This document shows, piece by piece, positions 13,049-24,869 of a DNA stretch of 64,000 nt. This DNA comes from Mustelus asterias (taxonomy: Eukaryota). A model generated the notes under the pieces. It saw only the letters and a program-made list of their open reading frames with translations, did no database searches and was not told the origin of the DNA. Made by a program: the position numbers and the translations under genes. Each line of letters opens with the position of its first letter. Positions within the stretch are counted from its first letter, which is position 1. The DNA lies in the NCBI RefSeq assembly GCF_964213995.1, contig NC_135815.1:22816001-22880000 (forward strand), read 5' to 3'.

Positions 13049-13966
13049 CACCTGTCTAACCTCCTGCCCCTTTCCCTCATTTAAACACTCTGTTTTGCCA
13101 TTACATTCAAACGCTTTACCCACTGGCTGTTCATCACTTTCCACTTTAACCTCCAATGGCTGCTTCTTATGTATTACCCTCTCTAGCTCAATTTTCCCTT
13201 TCACAATAACTCTCACCCCCGACTCCCCTCCATCCACCCCGACCGGCCCCCTAACTACATTACCCACCTCCCCAACCCTTGTTGGCCTGATGTCTCAAGT
13301 CTTATTACCCCAAGCATTAGATCTGAATTCCCTTTATTTGGTACTGCTCTGACCCACTGTTTGCCTTCAGTACCTCCACATCCCACCCTTCTGCCCCATA
13401 TTTTACTTATCTTTCCTGCTGCCCAATGATGGCTGAATTTTCCCAGCTCACCCCCTTTACTGGACCAACAATTTCCCCCAAGCAGAGATGCAGTTCATTG
13501 AACAGTCTTCCATTCTGCTTCTCTTTCGCCCTTACATCCCATTTCCTGATCTCTTCCCTCCTGCCTCCCTCTTTCCCGTCAACCCCTCGCTTTGCTGCTC
13601 CATTCTCTCCCCACCCTCTTCTCCAGCCTCCCCCTCCCCTTCTTTACTTGCCATGCTCCCTACAACTCTCCCTCTTGCCCCACCTTTACCCTGACCCTGC
13701 AAAGAATAAATAAATCTTGCCCCATCAAGTGGGATCGACTAATGATCTTTAAAACATTGCAGGGCGCAACATTCTAATTGCGTTACAGTGTGAGTCAGAT
13801 GCCCAACAGTGAGAGAAACGCACACAGAGAGGCCAGAGGGACTGTGGAAGAGGCACGTCTAGTTGGAAATGGAGGGAGGGGAGTAACAACAGGGGGCTGG
13901 AATTAAAACTAGATTTGTCACAGTTAAAAATGATTTGATTACCTAACAGAGACCTACAAAGCCAGT

Positions 13967-14285
13967 TGGGCAGCATAGTGGTTAGTACTGCTGCCTCACA
14001 GCGCCAGGGTCCCAAGTTCAATTCCGGCTTTGGGTCACTGTCTGTGTGGAGTTTGCACATTCTCCCTGTGTCTGCGTGGGTTTCCTCCGGGTGCTCCAGT
14101 TTCCTCCCACACTCCAAAGATGTGTGGGTTAGGTTGATTGGCCATGCTAAGTTGACCCTAGTGTCAGAAGGATTAGCAGGGTAAATGCACGGAGTTATGG
14201 GAATTGGGCCTGGGTGGGATTGTGGTCAGTACAGACTCGATGGACCAAATGGCCTACTTCTGTACTGTAGGGATTCTCGGATTCA
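13967..14285 (+). mobile_element. HE1-like V-SINE, type A tail
   Basis: Full-length forward copy. Confidence 0.85.
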
Positions 14286-15474
14286 ATCTCCTTCTTGAAT
14301 CAAGACTGTATAAAGCTCTTAGTGTGTACTCTGCTGTAATGGCTGGATGTGCAGGGGATTGACTGTGAGATCTAGCACTGTATTAAACTGTTAGCAAGGG
14401 CTGTGAATAATAATTGAATCCCTCATTCCTTATTGATAACTCCAGATGAATAATTGTACCAGGCAAAATTCCTTTCCTGTCAAATCTTGAAATCAATACA
14501 GTTTTTTTTAGATCTGCTATCACATTTGCTGTCTGACATTCATGAGTAACCAGTTTGAAGACGTGACTGTTTCTGCCCGTTTTGAACAGTGCCATAAATA
14601 TTTGCCTTTTTGAGAAATTTATATGACATATAGGTGAGTACATGGACAGTGATGATGCACTATCACTTTGTCTGTCTCACACTGCGCTATTTTAGATGCC
14701 AGTTTAAATTTCACAGGACGGAATCTTGTGCTCCCTCCCCTTGCCCCGTGAAGAGTTTGGGGGTGAGGGAGGGGGGGAGGGCATTTAATTGAACAGGAGT
14801 GTAACTGGTGGGGAACCCATCACCTTCTCACTCCACTGCCAATTGAGGCCCTTAAGTAGGCAACGAGTGTCCACTTAAGGGCTTCATCCCACCATCTACC
14901 CCACCCCCACCCCACCCCTGCAACCCCCGTATTAGCCCAGCAGCAAGCAGGCAACTCAGCAAGTAGAGGGCACGACAAGCAAACACAGGCTCCCAGGGGG
15001 CCTCCCTCAGTCAGAGGTGCTCAGTGCCAGATTGAGGTATCTGGCATTGAGAAGGGGGCAGGGTCAGCTGAAAACCACCTGGTGGTGCTGCCGAGTACAG
15101 AAGAGCTCCCAGCCTCTGATAAGCAGATAGATCTCTGAGAGACCCTGGGGGCCCTTGATCCTGGGGGAAGGGCCATTGCTGGATTGTTAAATGCCTGACT
15201 CCACAAGAGTCAGCGAGCCTCCTTGAAAAGAGATGCCGTGGGGAGTCTCACTGGCTCTGTAGCCTCCATCGTCTACACAGGATTCCAACCATACCATCAC
15301 TAAGGCATTTGGAGGCCATTTGGCCCATCAAGTCCATCTCTGTGGAGCAATCCATTCAGTCCCATTCCCCTTGCTCTATCCCTATTGCCCTGGAAGTCTC
15401 AATCCAACAGGGAACTACCCAAATTCCTTCTGAAATCATTGTTCCACCACGCTCACAGTAACTTCATTGCAGTG

Positions 15475-15790
15475 TGATGCGCTACTCAAACACGAGGCCT
15501 GAAGCTCGGTAAATGAAAGGCTTTTATTTACTGTAATGAAGCAGCCAGTAATTATATACACTATCCCAGACTGAAGGGGTCCCGGCCAGAGCAGGGACTC
15601 TTATACCTCTCCCAGGAGGCGGAGCCCGACTGGGATGTGCCACAACACTACAGTACGAAGGTGTAACAACCCCACCCTAACCCCAACAGCAACAATAGCA
15701 CAACCCAACAGTAACATATGTACATCCTTGTAGTACTGGCCAGCCCCTGGCTCAGTACTATCCAGTGGGAACCAACGATGGTTCACCACA
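15475..15790 (-). repeat. 3' LTR (316 bp)
   Basis: Differs from 19900-20214 by one 1-bp indel (cccc/ccc) and one C/T substitution. Confidence 0.97.
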
Positions 15791-15807
15791 TTCACCCCTC
15801 CTTTGAG
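15791..15807 (-). promoter_or_regulatory. Polypurine tract
   Basis: Minus strand reads ctcaaaggaggggtgaa immediately before the TG of the 3' LTR. Confidence 0.85.
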
Positions 15808-16208
15808 AACAAAGGCCGGCGGGGTACAAAAAAACAGAATAAAGTGTCAGCAGTCTATAAGTTCAGACGGTCAGGGGGACCGCACCGTCGTTGTGACCTC
15901 CTCAATACCGGCGGTGACACCGGAGTAGGCACTTGCGGTGGCGTTCTCCCCAAGACAGCGTCCAGCTGTTCTTCCACGGACTCACAGGCCGGTTGACCCT
16001 GAGGTGACGGTAGTCCATGGGATCCTGACACGCCCTGCAGTGGCGACCATCTTCTGGGCTCACGCAAGCTGTACATGGGAGTAAAATGGTTAAGCAATGG
16101 TCCCGATGCTGCCCGTGCCGTGTCCGGGGAAGAAACAAGAGTTAAAGGGTTTGTAACAGGGGGTATGGGAGCGACAGGGGTTGCTACGTCCCCTACTGGC
16201 GCCAGGTC

Positions 16209-19200
16209 TCAGATCGAGACCGTATCCTCTCGCCCGTCAGGGTATGCCACATAGGCATACTGAGGGTTGGCGTGGAGGAGATGGACCTGTTCGACCAACG
16301 GGTCGGACTTGCGGGCCCTTACATGTCGTCGCAGGAGGACGGGTCCTGAGTACGTCAACCAAGACGGTAATGAGGTCCCCGAGGAAGACTTCCGAGGGAA
16401 TGAGAACATCCTCTCGTGGGGAGTAGCATTGGTTGCCGTACACAGGAGAGAGCGAATAGAATGGAGCGCATCAGGGAGCACCTCTTGCCAACGGGAGACT
16501 GGAAGACCTTTTGACTTCAACGCCAGTAAGACAGCCTTCCAGACTGTAGCATTCTCACGTTCCACCTGTCCGTTACCCCTAGGGTTGTAGCTCGTGGTCC
16601 TACTAGAGGCAATCCCGTATGAGAGCAGGAATTGCCTCAAGTCATCGCTCATGAACGACGAGCCCCTGTCGCTATGGATGTAGCCGGGGTACCCGAACAG
16701 GGTAAAAAGATCACGGAATGCCTTGATAACCGTGGCAGCGGATGTATCAGAGCAGGGAACAACAAAAGGGAACCGAGAGTACTCGTCAATGATATTGAGG
16801 AAGTACACATTCCGATCTGTTGAGGGAAGGGGGCCCTTAAAATCGACACTCAGTCTTTCGAAGGGACGAGTGGCCTTGACTAAATGTGCCCGGTCAGGTC
16901 GGTAAAAGTGCGGTTTGCATTCCGCGCAAACCCGACAGCTTCTTGTTACTGACCTGACGTCCTCCACTGAGTAAGGCAGGTTGCGGGCTTTTATAAAGTG
17001 GTAGAGCCGAGTGACCCCAGGATGGCATAGGTCATTATGGAGGGCCTGCAAACGGTCCTCCTGTATACTAGCGCATGTTCCACGCGAGAGGGCATCCAAG
17101 GGCTCATTGAGTTTCCCTGGACGGTACATGATATCGTAGTTATAGGTGGAGAGTTCAATTCTCCACCGCAAGATCTTGTCATTCTTGATCTTGCCCCTCT
17201 GCGTGTTGTTAAACATGAACGCCATGGACCGCTGGTCCGTGATCAGGGTGAACCGTTTTCCCGCCAAGTAATGGCGCCAGTGCCTGACGGCCTCCACAAT
17301 GGCCTGGGCCTCCTTTTCCACCGCTGAATGCCGAATTTCGGGGCCTTGGAGGGTGCGGGAAAAAAATGCGACGGGCCTGCCCGCCTGGTTAAGTGTGGCG
17401 GCCAGGGCGAAATCAGATGCATCGCTCTCCACCTGAAAGGGGATGGACTTGTCTACAGCGTGCATCGTAGCTTTCGCGATGTCGGCTTTCAATTTATCGA
17501 AGGCCAATCGGGCCTCTGGCGTTAGGGGAAAAGTAGTGGACTTAATGAGCGGACGGGCTTTGTCCGCGTAGTTGGGAACCCACTGCGCATAATAAGAGAA
17601 GAAGCCTAAGCATCTTCTCAGTGCTTTTGCACTAGCAGGCAAGGGAAGTTCAGAAAGGGGGCGCATACGGTCTGGATCAGGGCCAATGACCCCGTTTTCC
17701 ACCACGTATCTGAGGATGGCTAAACGGCGCGTACGAAACACACACTTCTCCCTGTTGTAGGTCAGGTTCAGGCGAGATGCAGTGCGTAGGAAGTTCAGGA
17801 GATTCGTGTCGTGGTCCTGCTGGTCATGGCCGCAGATGGTGACATTATCCAGGTACGGGAAGGTAGCCCGCAGCCCGTTCTGGTCCACCATTCGGTCCAT
17901 AGCACGCTGGAAGACCGAGACCCCATTGGTGACACCAAAGGGAACCCTGAGAAAGTGATACAAGCAACCATCCGCCTCAAAAGCCGTGTATTGTTGGTCC
18001 TCTGGGCGAATGGGGAGTTGGTGGTAGGCAGACTTGAGGTCTATGGTGGAGAACACCCGGTACTGCGCAATCTGATTGACCATATCAGATATGCGCGGGA
18101 GAGGATACGCATCCAGCTGCGTATATCGGTTAATGGTCTGACTGTAGTCAATGACCATCCGGGGTTTGTTCCCGCTCTTGACCACCATGACCTGCGCTCT
18201 CCACGGACTAGCGCTGGGTTGTATGATCCTTTCTTTGAGGAGCCGCTGAACCTCAGATCTAATGAAGATCCGATCCTCAGCGCTGTAACGCCTACTTTTA
18301 GTCGCGATGGGCTTGCAGCCTGGCACAAGATTCTGGAACAAGGAGGGTGTGGTGATCTTCAGCGTCGAGAGGCTGCAGGCGGGGCGCATTGGGCAATTTG
18401 GAGGCTGCTGCTGTTTTCCCATTGCCAGTGAAGGGAGTGGCCCACCGTACTGTAGGATTACACTCCTCAAGTGGACCATGAAGTTTAGTCCGAGAAGTAT
18501 TGGTACGCAAAGATACGGCAACACGAGGAGCTTGAAACGCTCGTAAACTGTGCCTTGCACCTTCAAAGTTACCACGCAACTCCCTAGCACAGCAACAGAC
18601 CGGGACCTTGATGCCATAGAGGTTGGCTGTTTGGCAGGTTGAATCTGGAGTCCACACCGCTTCACAGTGTCTGGGTGGATAAAGCTCTCAGTGCTCCCGC
18701 TGTCAAACAGACAATAAATCACGTGGTCATTTACCTGTATATTCATCATACATTGGTCAAGTCTATGAGGCTTGGCCTGGTCCAGGATGATTGACGCCAC
18801 CGTTGGTTCATGAGCGCCACTGCAGGCAGCTGAAATCGATGAGGAGGACCCCTGCTGGTCGTTCGTGGTCAGTGTCGACCAACATGGCCGCTCCCATGAG
18901 TCGCTCGTGGGTGAGGGCGCCAAACTCAGCAACCCCTGGTGGTCACACACCTCCGACTCCGTCGACCGTAATGGCGTTGTCCTGGCCTCGCACGTGGACG
19001 AACCCCTCGATGACTTCGACGACGAAGACCCGAGCTCTGAAGAATCGCAGGCCGCACTGCCATTCCTGGGTTTAGATCGGCACACTTTCGAATAGTGCCC
19101 TTTCTTACCGCATGCGGTGCACAACACAGCTTTAGCGGGACACCGTTGCCGAGTATGCTTCGCTCCCCCACAGAAATAGCACCGCGGGCCACCCGGGGCT

Positions 19201-19844
19201 GCTGCCGTCGTCTGGCCCAAGTGTGAGCACGCCATTACGCAGCATTTCGAACCCGAGGGACGAGGAGTGATTGGCAACTGCTCCTGCCACGTTGTCTCCA
19301 CATGGTCCTCCGGATATAATACTAAGCTTTTGGAGGCCGTCTCGAGCATCTCCGCTAGCTCGATGGCCTGGGTAAGATCGAGGTTATCCTTCTCCAACAG
19401 CTTAAGTCGAATGTACGACGATCCGACCCCCGCCACAAACGCATCTCGGGCGAGGTCGTTCATGCTCTGCTCAGCCGACACAGCTTTGCAGTCACAGCCC
19501 CTGGCTAGCTGTAGGAGCTCGTTCGCATATTCCTCCATCGTTTCGCCAGACTGCCGTCGTCGAGTGGCTAGGAGGTAACGAGCGTGTATTTCATTGGGTG
19601 GTTTGATATAACGCTTCTTCAGAAGCTCGAGGGCCTTAGTATAATCGGTGGCCGCACGGATCGCGAGGTAGACAGTGTCGCTTACCCTCGCATGGAGGAC
19701 CCGGAGTCTGTCATCATCTGTGGTGACCGCTGCGGAGGCTGCCAGGTAGTCTTCGAAACACTTCAGCCAGTGGTCGAAGGTGTCAGAAGTGCCCACCGCA
19801 CGTGGATCTAGTGTAAGGCGTTCCGGCTTCAGGATTTGCTCCAT
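16209..19844 (-). CDS. Gag-Pol polyprotein, 1211 aa to a premature TGA; the frame stays open to 15855
   Basis: Two CCHC knuckles (CYFCGGAKHTRQRC, CTACGKKGHYSKVC), protease LFDSGS, RT (IDLKSAYHQ, PFG, YLDN), RNase H (ESDASD, EKEA, TD) and integrase (H..HPG..C..C, SVDFKGP, HSDRG, GNGQVER). Confidence 0.95.
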   Translation of the reverse strand: MEQILKPERLTLDPRAVGTSDTFDHWLKCFEDYLAASAAVTTDDDRLRVLHARVSDTVYLAIRAATDYTKALELLKKRYIKPPNEIHARYLLATRRRQSGETMEEYANELLQLARGCDCKAVSAEQSMNDLARDAFVAGVGSSYIRLKLLEKDNLDLTQAIELAEMLETASKSLVLYPEDHVETTWQEQLPITPRPSGSKCCVMACSHLGQTTAAAPGGPRCYFCGGAKHTRQRCPAKAVLCTACGKKGHYSKVCRSKPRNGSAACDSSELGSSSSKSSRGSSTCEARTTPLRSTESEVCDHQGLLSLAPSPTSDSWERPCWSTLTTNDQQGSSSSISAACSGAHEPTVASIILDQAKPHRLDQCMMNIQVNDHVIYCLFDSGSTESFIHPDTVKRCGLQIQPAKQPTSMASRSRSVAVLGSCVVTLKVQGTVYERFKLLVLPYLCVPILLGLNFMVHLRSVILQYGGPLPSLAMGKQQQPPNCPMRPACSLSTLKITTPSLFQNLVPGCKPIATKSRRYSAEDRIFIRSEVQRLLKERIIQPSASPWRAQVMVVKSGNKPRMVIDYSQTINRYTQLDAYPLPRISDMVNQIAQYRVFSTIDLKSAYHQLPIRPEDQQYTAFEADGCLYHFLRVPFGVTNGVSVFQRAMDRMVDQNGLRATFPYLDNVTICGHDQQDHDTNLLNFLRTASRLNLTYNREKCVFRTRRLAILRYVVENGVIGPDPDRMRPLSELPLPASAKALRRCLGFFSYYAQWVPNYADKARPLIKSTTFPLTPEARLAFDKLKADIAKATMHAVDKSIPFQVESDASDFALAATLNQAGRPVAFFSRTLQGPEIRHSAVEKEAQAIVEAVRHWRHYLAGKRFTLITDQRSMAFMFNNTQRGKIKNDKILRWRIELSTYNYDIMYRPGKLNEPLDALSRGTCASIQEDRLQALHNDLCHPGVTRLYHFIKARNLPYSVEDVRSVTRSCRVCAECKPHFYRPDRAHLVKATRPFERLSVDFKGPLPSTDRNVYFLNIIDEYSRFPFVVPCSDTSAATVIKAFRDLFTLFGYPGYIHSDRGSSFMSDDLRQFLLSYGIASSRTTSYNPRGNGQVERENATVWKAVLLALKSKGLPVSRWQEVLPDALHSIRSLLCTATNATPHERMFSFPRKSSSGTSLPSWLTYSGPVLLRRHVRARKSDPLVEQVHLLHANPQYAYVAYPDGREDTVSI

Positions 19845-19899
19845 ACTCTCTCTTTTTTTTTCTCTTCTTCGACGAGAGTTTAACGACAGTAAATAAAAT

Positions 19900-20214
19900 T
19901 GATGCGCTACTCAAACACGAGGCCTGAAGCTCGGTAAATGAAAGGCTTTTATTTACTGTAATGAAGCAGCCAGTAATTATATACACTATCCCAGACTGAA
20001 GGGGTCCCGGCCAGAGCAGGGACTCTTATACCTCTCCCAGGAGGCGGAGCCCGACTGGGATGTGCCACAACACTACAGTACGAAGGTGTAACAACCCCAC
20101 CCTAACCCAACAGCAACAATAGCACAACCCAACAGTAACATATGTACATCTTTGTAGTACTGGCCAGCCCCTGGCTCAGTACTATCCAGTGGGAACCAAC
20201 GATGGTTCACCACA
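19900..20214 (-). repeat. 5' LTR (315 bp)
   Basis: TG...CA ends. The minus strand has TATAAG (20030-20025), an Inr-like TCAGTC (19999-19994), a second TATATAA (19983-19977) and AATAAA (19953-19948). Confidence 0.97.
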
Positions 20215-20247
20215 CAGTGTTAATGTAAGCCTACCTGTGACACTGAT

Positions 20248-20581
20248 CATAGAATCAAAGAATCGTACAGTGCAGAAGGAGGCCATTCGGCCCATCGAGT
20301 CTGCACTGACCACAATCCCACCCAGGCCCTATCCCCATAACCCCATGCATTTACCCTCGCTGGTCCCCGTGACACTAAGGGGCAATTTAGCATGGCTAAT
20401 TCACCTAACCTGCATATTTTGTTCTCAGACTGTGGGATGAAACTGGAGAACCCGAAGGAAACCCACGCAGACATGGGGAGAATGTGCAAACTCCACACCG
20501 ACAGTGACCCAAGCTGGGAATCGAACCCAGGTCCCTGGCGCTGTGAGGCAGCAGTGCTAACCACTGTGCCACCGTGCCACC
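20248..20581 (-). mobile_element. HE1-like V-SINE, type A tail
   Basis: Full-length reverse copy. Confidence 0.85.
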
Positions 20582-21754
20582 CAAACACTTAACTCACAGG
20601 CAGCGGGTTTGTGGTCATTACCACCAGTTGTGTTAAAAAAAAAGTTCTTCCTCATTTCCCCCCTGCATCCCGTGCCCTAAACCTTAATGCAGTGACCCAT
20701 AATCCTGGTGCTTTCAGCGTCTTAATTTCACACTTAAGTTTTGTCAGAAGAATCTGTGAGAGCAGAACAATGCCTACAAGCAGCTCCATTCAGAAAGACA
20801 GACTCATTACCAAACTTTGTTCTGCTCTACGTGATGCCAGGCGGACTTTTATCAAAGTGAGATTGGAAACATCAAGCTCCATTGTTCATGGGCCCATTAA
20901 GTGGCGCTGACAAGAGAAATGGCTGCTATTAAAAACACCAAATTAAGCATGAAAAAAGACATTGAATCCTCTTCGTTATTTTCAGAGGTTTATACTGTGG
21001 CACTTTGAGTCCCATTTCCTCGGGGAACGTTGAGCTAAATTGGATAAATTTCAGTGCACCATATATCATGTTGAAATGCCCTTTGCTTTACTGAAGAAAG
21101 TAACATTTATGGCGACGACCGTAAGAAAACTGAAGTTTAAAATAGTTGTAACAATGAAGAGGACAATATGATTGCAGCTGACCTATAGACTTCCTGAGCA
21201 GCGCAGTCATCTATCAGCGCTTCGAATTTAATGTTTGTGAAAGTGAGCAAGCATTCACAAACATTTGTTTAGTGGCAGTTAAAGCGACATAAATTGACTT
21301 TGTGTCAGCTGCGTCTCAAATACATGTGCAATGGCTTCTAATCCCACTCCTGCACTATTACCTCCAGAGTCCCAAAGGATCTAACCTGGACCACTCTCTA
21401 TTTCTCATCTACGTGCTTCCCCCTCATCCCAAAGCACATCGGGTCCCACATGAACGCTGCTGACAGCCAGATTTATCTCCTCACCGCCTCCCCAACCCTT
21501 CTTTCATCTCTGATTTTGCACCGTGCTTTTCCAAATTCCAGAGTGTTGAATGAACAGAAATTCCCTTCAGCTAAATACCGGGAGAGATCAAACTCATTGG
21601 CTGGTTAATACCCCCGAGAATCGGGGTGCAAATCCCGTTATGGCCGCTAACTCCCGTGAGAGGGTCGTAATGGGATTGGCAGCACCGAAATCTCAGTTTA
21701 AGATCTTCCTCCCCCTCTGCCAGCGACATAAACAAGATTTAGAGTCAGAGTCGA

Positions 21755-22112
21755 GTCATAGAGGTGGACAGCATGGAAACAGGCCCTTCGGCCCAACTTG
21801 TCCATGCCTCCCCTTATTTTTAACCACTAAACTAGTCCCAATTTCCCCCGTTTGGCCCATATCCCTCTATACCCATCTTACCCATCTAACTGTCTAAATG
21901 CTTTTTAAAAGACAAAATTGTACCCACCTCTACTACCATCTCTGGCAGCTCGTTCCAGACACTCACCACCCTCTGTGTGAAGAAATTGCCCCTCTGGACC
22001 CTTTTGTATCTCTGCCCTCTCACCTTAAACCTATGCCCTCTAGTTTTAGACTCCACTACCTTTGGGTAAAGATATTGACTATCTAGCTGATCTTTGCCCT
22101 TCATTATTTTAT
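21755..22112 (-). mobile_element. CR1 LINE, 3' fragment
   Basis: YKIMKG.DQLDSQYL.PKV.ESKTRGHRFKVRG...FFTQRVVSVWNELP; same subfamily as 1201-1723. Confidence 0.85.
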
Positions 22113-22499
22113 ACGCCCAGTAACAGCATGAACCTGATTTCCATGAATTTAAACGCATTATCTTATTATTAAACAGCTTAGCGCCGTTGCTTCTCAGGGT
22201 GTTAGATGATCCCCTCCGCCAGCGTGGTGTCATGCCGGTGGGAATCACTAATGGTTTCCCAAAAATGGAAACCAGTCATAATGACCACACCGGGGTTGCA
22301 GAGGTGAGTCACCCTCATGCTTGCCCGTTGTAGTTGGGGGGAGCGGGGAGAGCAATCTTTTAGTCGTTGGAGGCGGTTACCCCCTCCGTGAGCGAGGGTT
22401 GGGGGTGTTGCCCATGTCCACGGTGGGTCTCAATGTTCGCGGGGAGGTCCCAGGGTTGTGGGGGGAGCCTTTCACCCTGATCTCAGAATCCTGGCTTTC

Positions 22500-22870
22500 A
22501 TAGAATCATCGCAGAATCATGGAATCCCTACAGTGCAGAAGAGGCCATTCAGCCCATCAAGTCTGTGCCGATTCTCTGAAAGAGCACCTTATCCGGCCCT
22601 CTCCCCTGCCCTATCTTTGTAACCCCACTCATTTACCATGGCTAATCCATCTAAACTACGCATCTTGGGACACTAAGGGACAATTTAACATGGCCAATCC
22701 ACCTAACCTGCACATCTTTGGACTGTGGGAGGAAACCAGGGCACCCGGAGGAAACCCACGCAGACACGGGGAGAATGTGCAAACTCCATACAGTCACCCA
22801 ATACTGAAATTAAACCCGGGTCTCTGGAGCTGTGAGACAGCAGTGCTAACCACTGCGCCACCGTGCCACC
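22500..22870 (-). mobile_element. HE1-like V-SINE, type A variant
   Basis: Reverse head, core and tail. Confidence 0.8.
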
Positions 22871-24869
22871 CTTACTTTCCTGGCGAACTTAACCTCCCCC
22901 AACTAGCTGTGTAATCCTTGCTAGTGCTTTGAAATGGCACAGAGTGCTGCTTGATCAGGATAGCAAAGGCACTGTGAAACCAGCGAGTTTCACATAGCTT
23001 TTCTCACCTGCTCCAACACTCTGTGCAATTCTGGAAAAATTCCACCCATTATCTTTGGTACTTGCCACAAACCTGGTTCCCGAGCTCCCTACTCCATCTC
23101 TCTCCCTGGGCACTGTCTGAGAATGAACCAAACTTTTTACCTGATCAACTTTTTTTGATCCTAAGCAGGGGTGTGGTGCTGCTGGAGCGCACCGGAGCAG
23201 CTCTCCCACACCTCCTGCTCACCACGAGATGGTAGACTCTCCTTCGCCAATTGGCCATCCATTACTTGTGGGAGGGATCTTGAGGAGAGGCTGGCCTAAC
23301 CACACACTGCTCGGATCTGCACAGACATGCCTCAGCGCCTGGGTTTCTTTATGAACATGCTTGAGACTCTGGCGTTTAGACGACCAGATGGTTAGATTTT
23401 CACAAATCTTAGAAGCGACCTGAGAAGAGCTTTTGCTTTTTGCAGCAGGCGCATGTGGTCTGTACTGTGGCTGGGAGAACTCCTCCTCTCTGGAACTAAG
23501 TGTATATTTAAGGCTGAGATAGATAGATTTTTGACTAGGAAGGGAAACAAGGGTTACAAGGAAAGGACAGGAAAGTTGACGCAAGGAATGTCAGATCAGC
23601 CATGATCCCATTGAATGGCAGAATAGGTTCAAGGGGCCGAATGGCCTGCTCTTGTTCCTATTTCTTATGATCTTAAGCACCTTTATCCTTGAAAGGTTTA
23701 TTCAGTCTCCAATAAAAGTTCCAGCTTGAACAATGTGGAGAGCAAGCTCCATCTGAAATCATTTTCCCTGATGTGAAATAATTCACCTCGGAAAAGATGG
23801 TAACCACACGTCACCATTGCCAAGCCTGGAGATGGCTCAGTATCACATCAGGCAGGACAAGGTGCAAGGGGAGTAAAGAATGGGCTTAAGTTCAAGTTCA
23901 AACACAGCGGGCGAGATTCTCCGGCCTCCCAGCTGTGTGTTCCCCGCCGGCGGGATTCTCTGGTCCCGCCGCTGCCAATGGGAATTCCCATTGGCGTCAC
24001 CCCACGGCGGCGGAAACCCTGCGGGCAGGACTGCGCTGCCAGCGGGTCTGGAGAATCCTGCCGGCGTGAACGGCCGGAGAATTGCAGCCTGCATCTTTCC
24101 AGTATTGCTAATCAGAGCAGGCTGCACTCATAGAAACAAAAATAGGAGAGAGGAACAGGAGGAGGCCATTCGGCCCTTCGAGCCTGCTCCACCATTCATT
24201 GCGATCATGGCTGATTATCCAGCTCAATAACCTTTGATCCCATTCGCCCCATCACTCAGACCATCACCAACTTCCCAATACTGTCTGTCCCAAATGAAGT
24301 TTTAGTAAGAATTTTTTCTAATCATCTCCAAGACCCGATTTTAGAGGGGGTGGAAGGAATGGCGCAACCCTGCTGCTGCTGCTGAATATCTCTGAGTCAG
24401 TGTGCACAGCGTCAACAGCAGTAACCCGCCTGCACAGCTCCAATTCTGTAAATAACTACAGATCTTCCAACTCCCTGTACACAGCTTTCTCATAAACAGC
24501 CATTTCAGGCTCTTTGAAGCTCAAAGTTCTTGGGATCTAAAGCAGCTTCCATCTCTCCAAACAGCTGTGTTTGCCTATTGCACATTAATTTCTTGGCTGT
24601 GATGACCTGAAGATGTGAGACGTCGTTATAGTGTTTGCATTCGCTTCTGGCAGTTTTACATGGAATTTACAGCACAGAAACAGGCCATTGGTCCACCTCG
24701 TCCACGTTGATGTTTATGTTCCACACAAGCCTCCTCCTACCCTACTTGACCACACTATCGGGGTAACCTCCAGCTTCTTTCATCCTCACCTATTTATCAA
24801 ATTCCTTGAATGTACCTATACTGGAATCATAGACTTGTCACAGCACAGAAGGAGGCCATTCAGCCCATT

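Larger units (their letters stand above)
15475..20214 (-). mobile_element. Full-length Ty3/Gypsy LTR retrotransposon, young, tentatively Mag-like
   Basis: TG...CA LTRs at 15475-15790 and 19900-20214, 5-bp TSD cagtg (15470-15474 and 20215-20219), one gag-pol ORF in PR-RT-RH-IN order, and a polypurine tract next to the 3' LTR. Confidence 0.97.

Noticed and set aside
17811-18431. 206-aa plus-strand ORF inside the Gypsy element
   Set aside because: Antisense shadow of the RT coding region with no recognisable motif.
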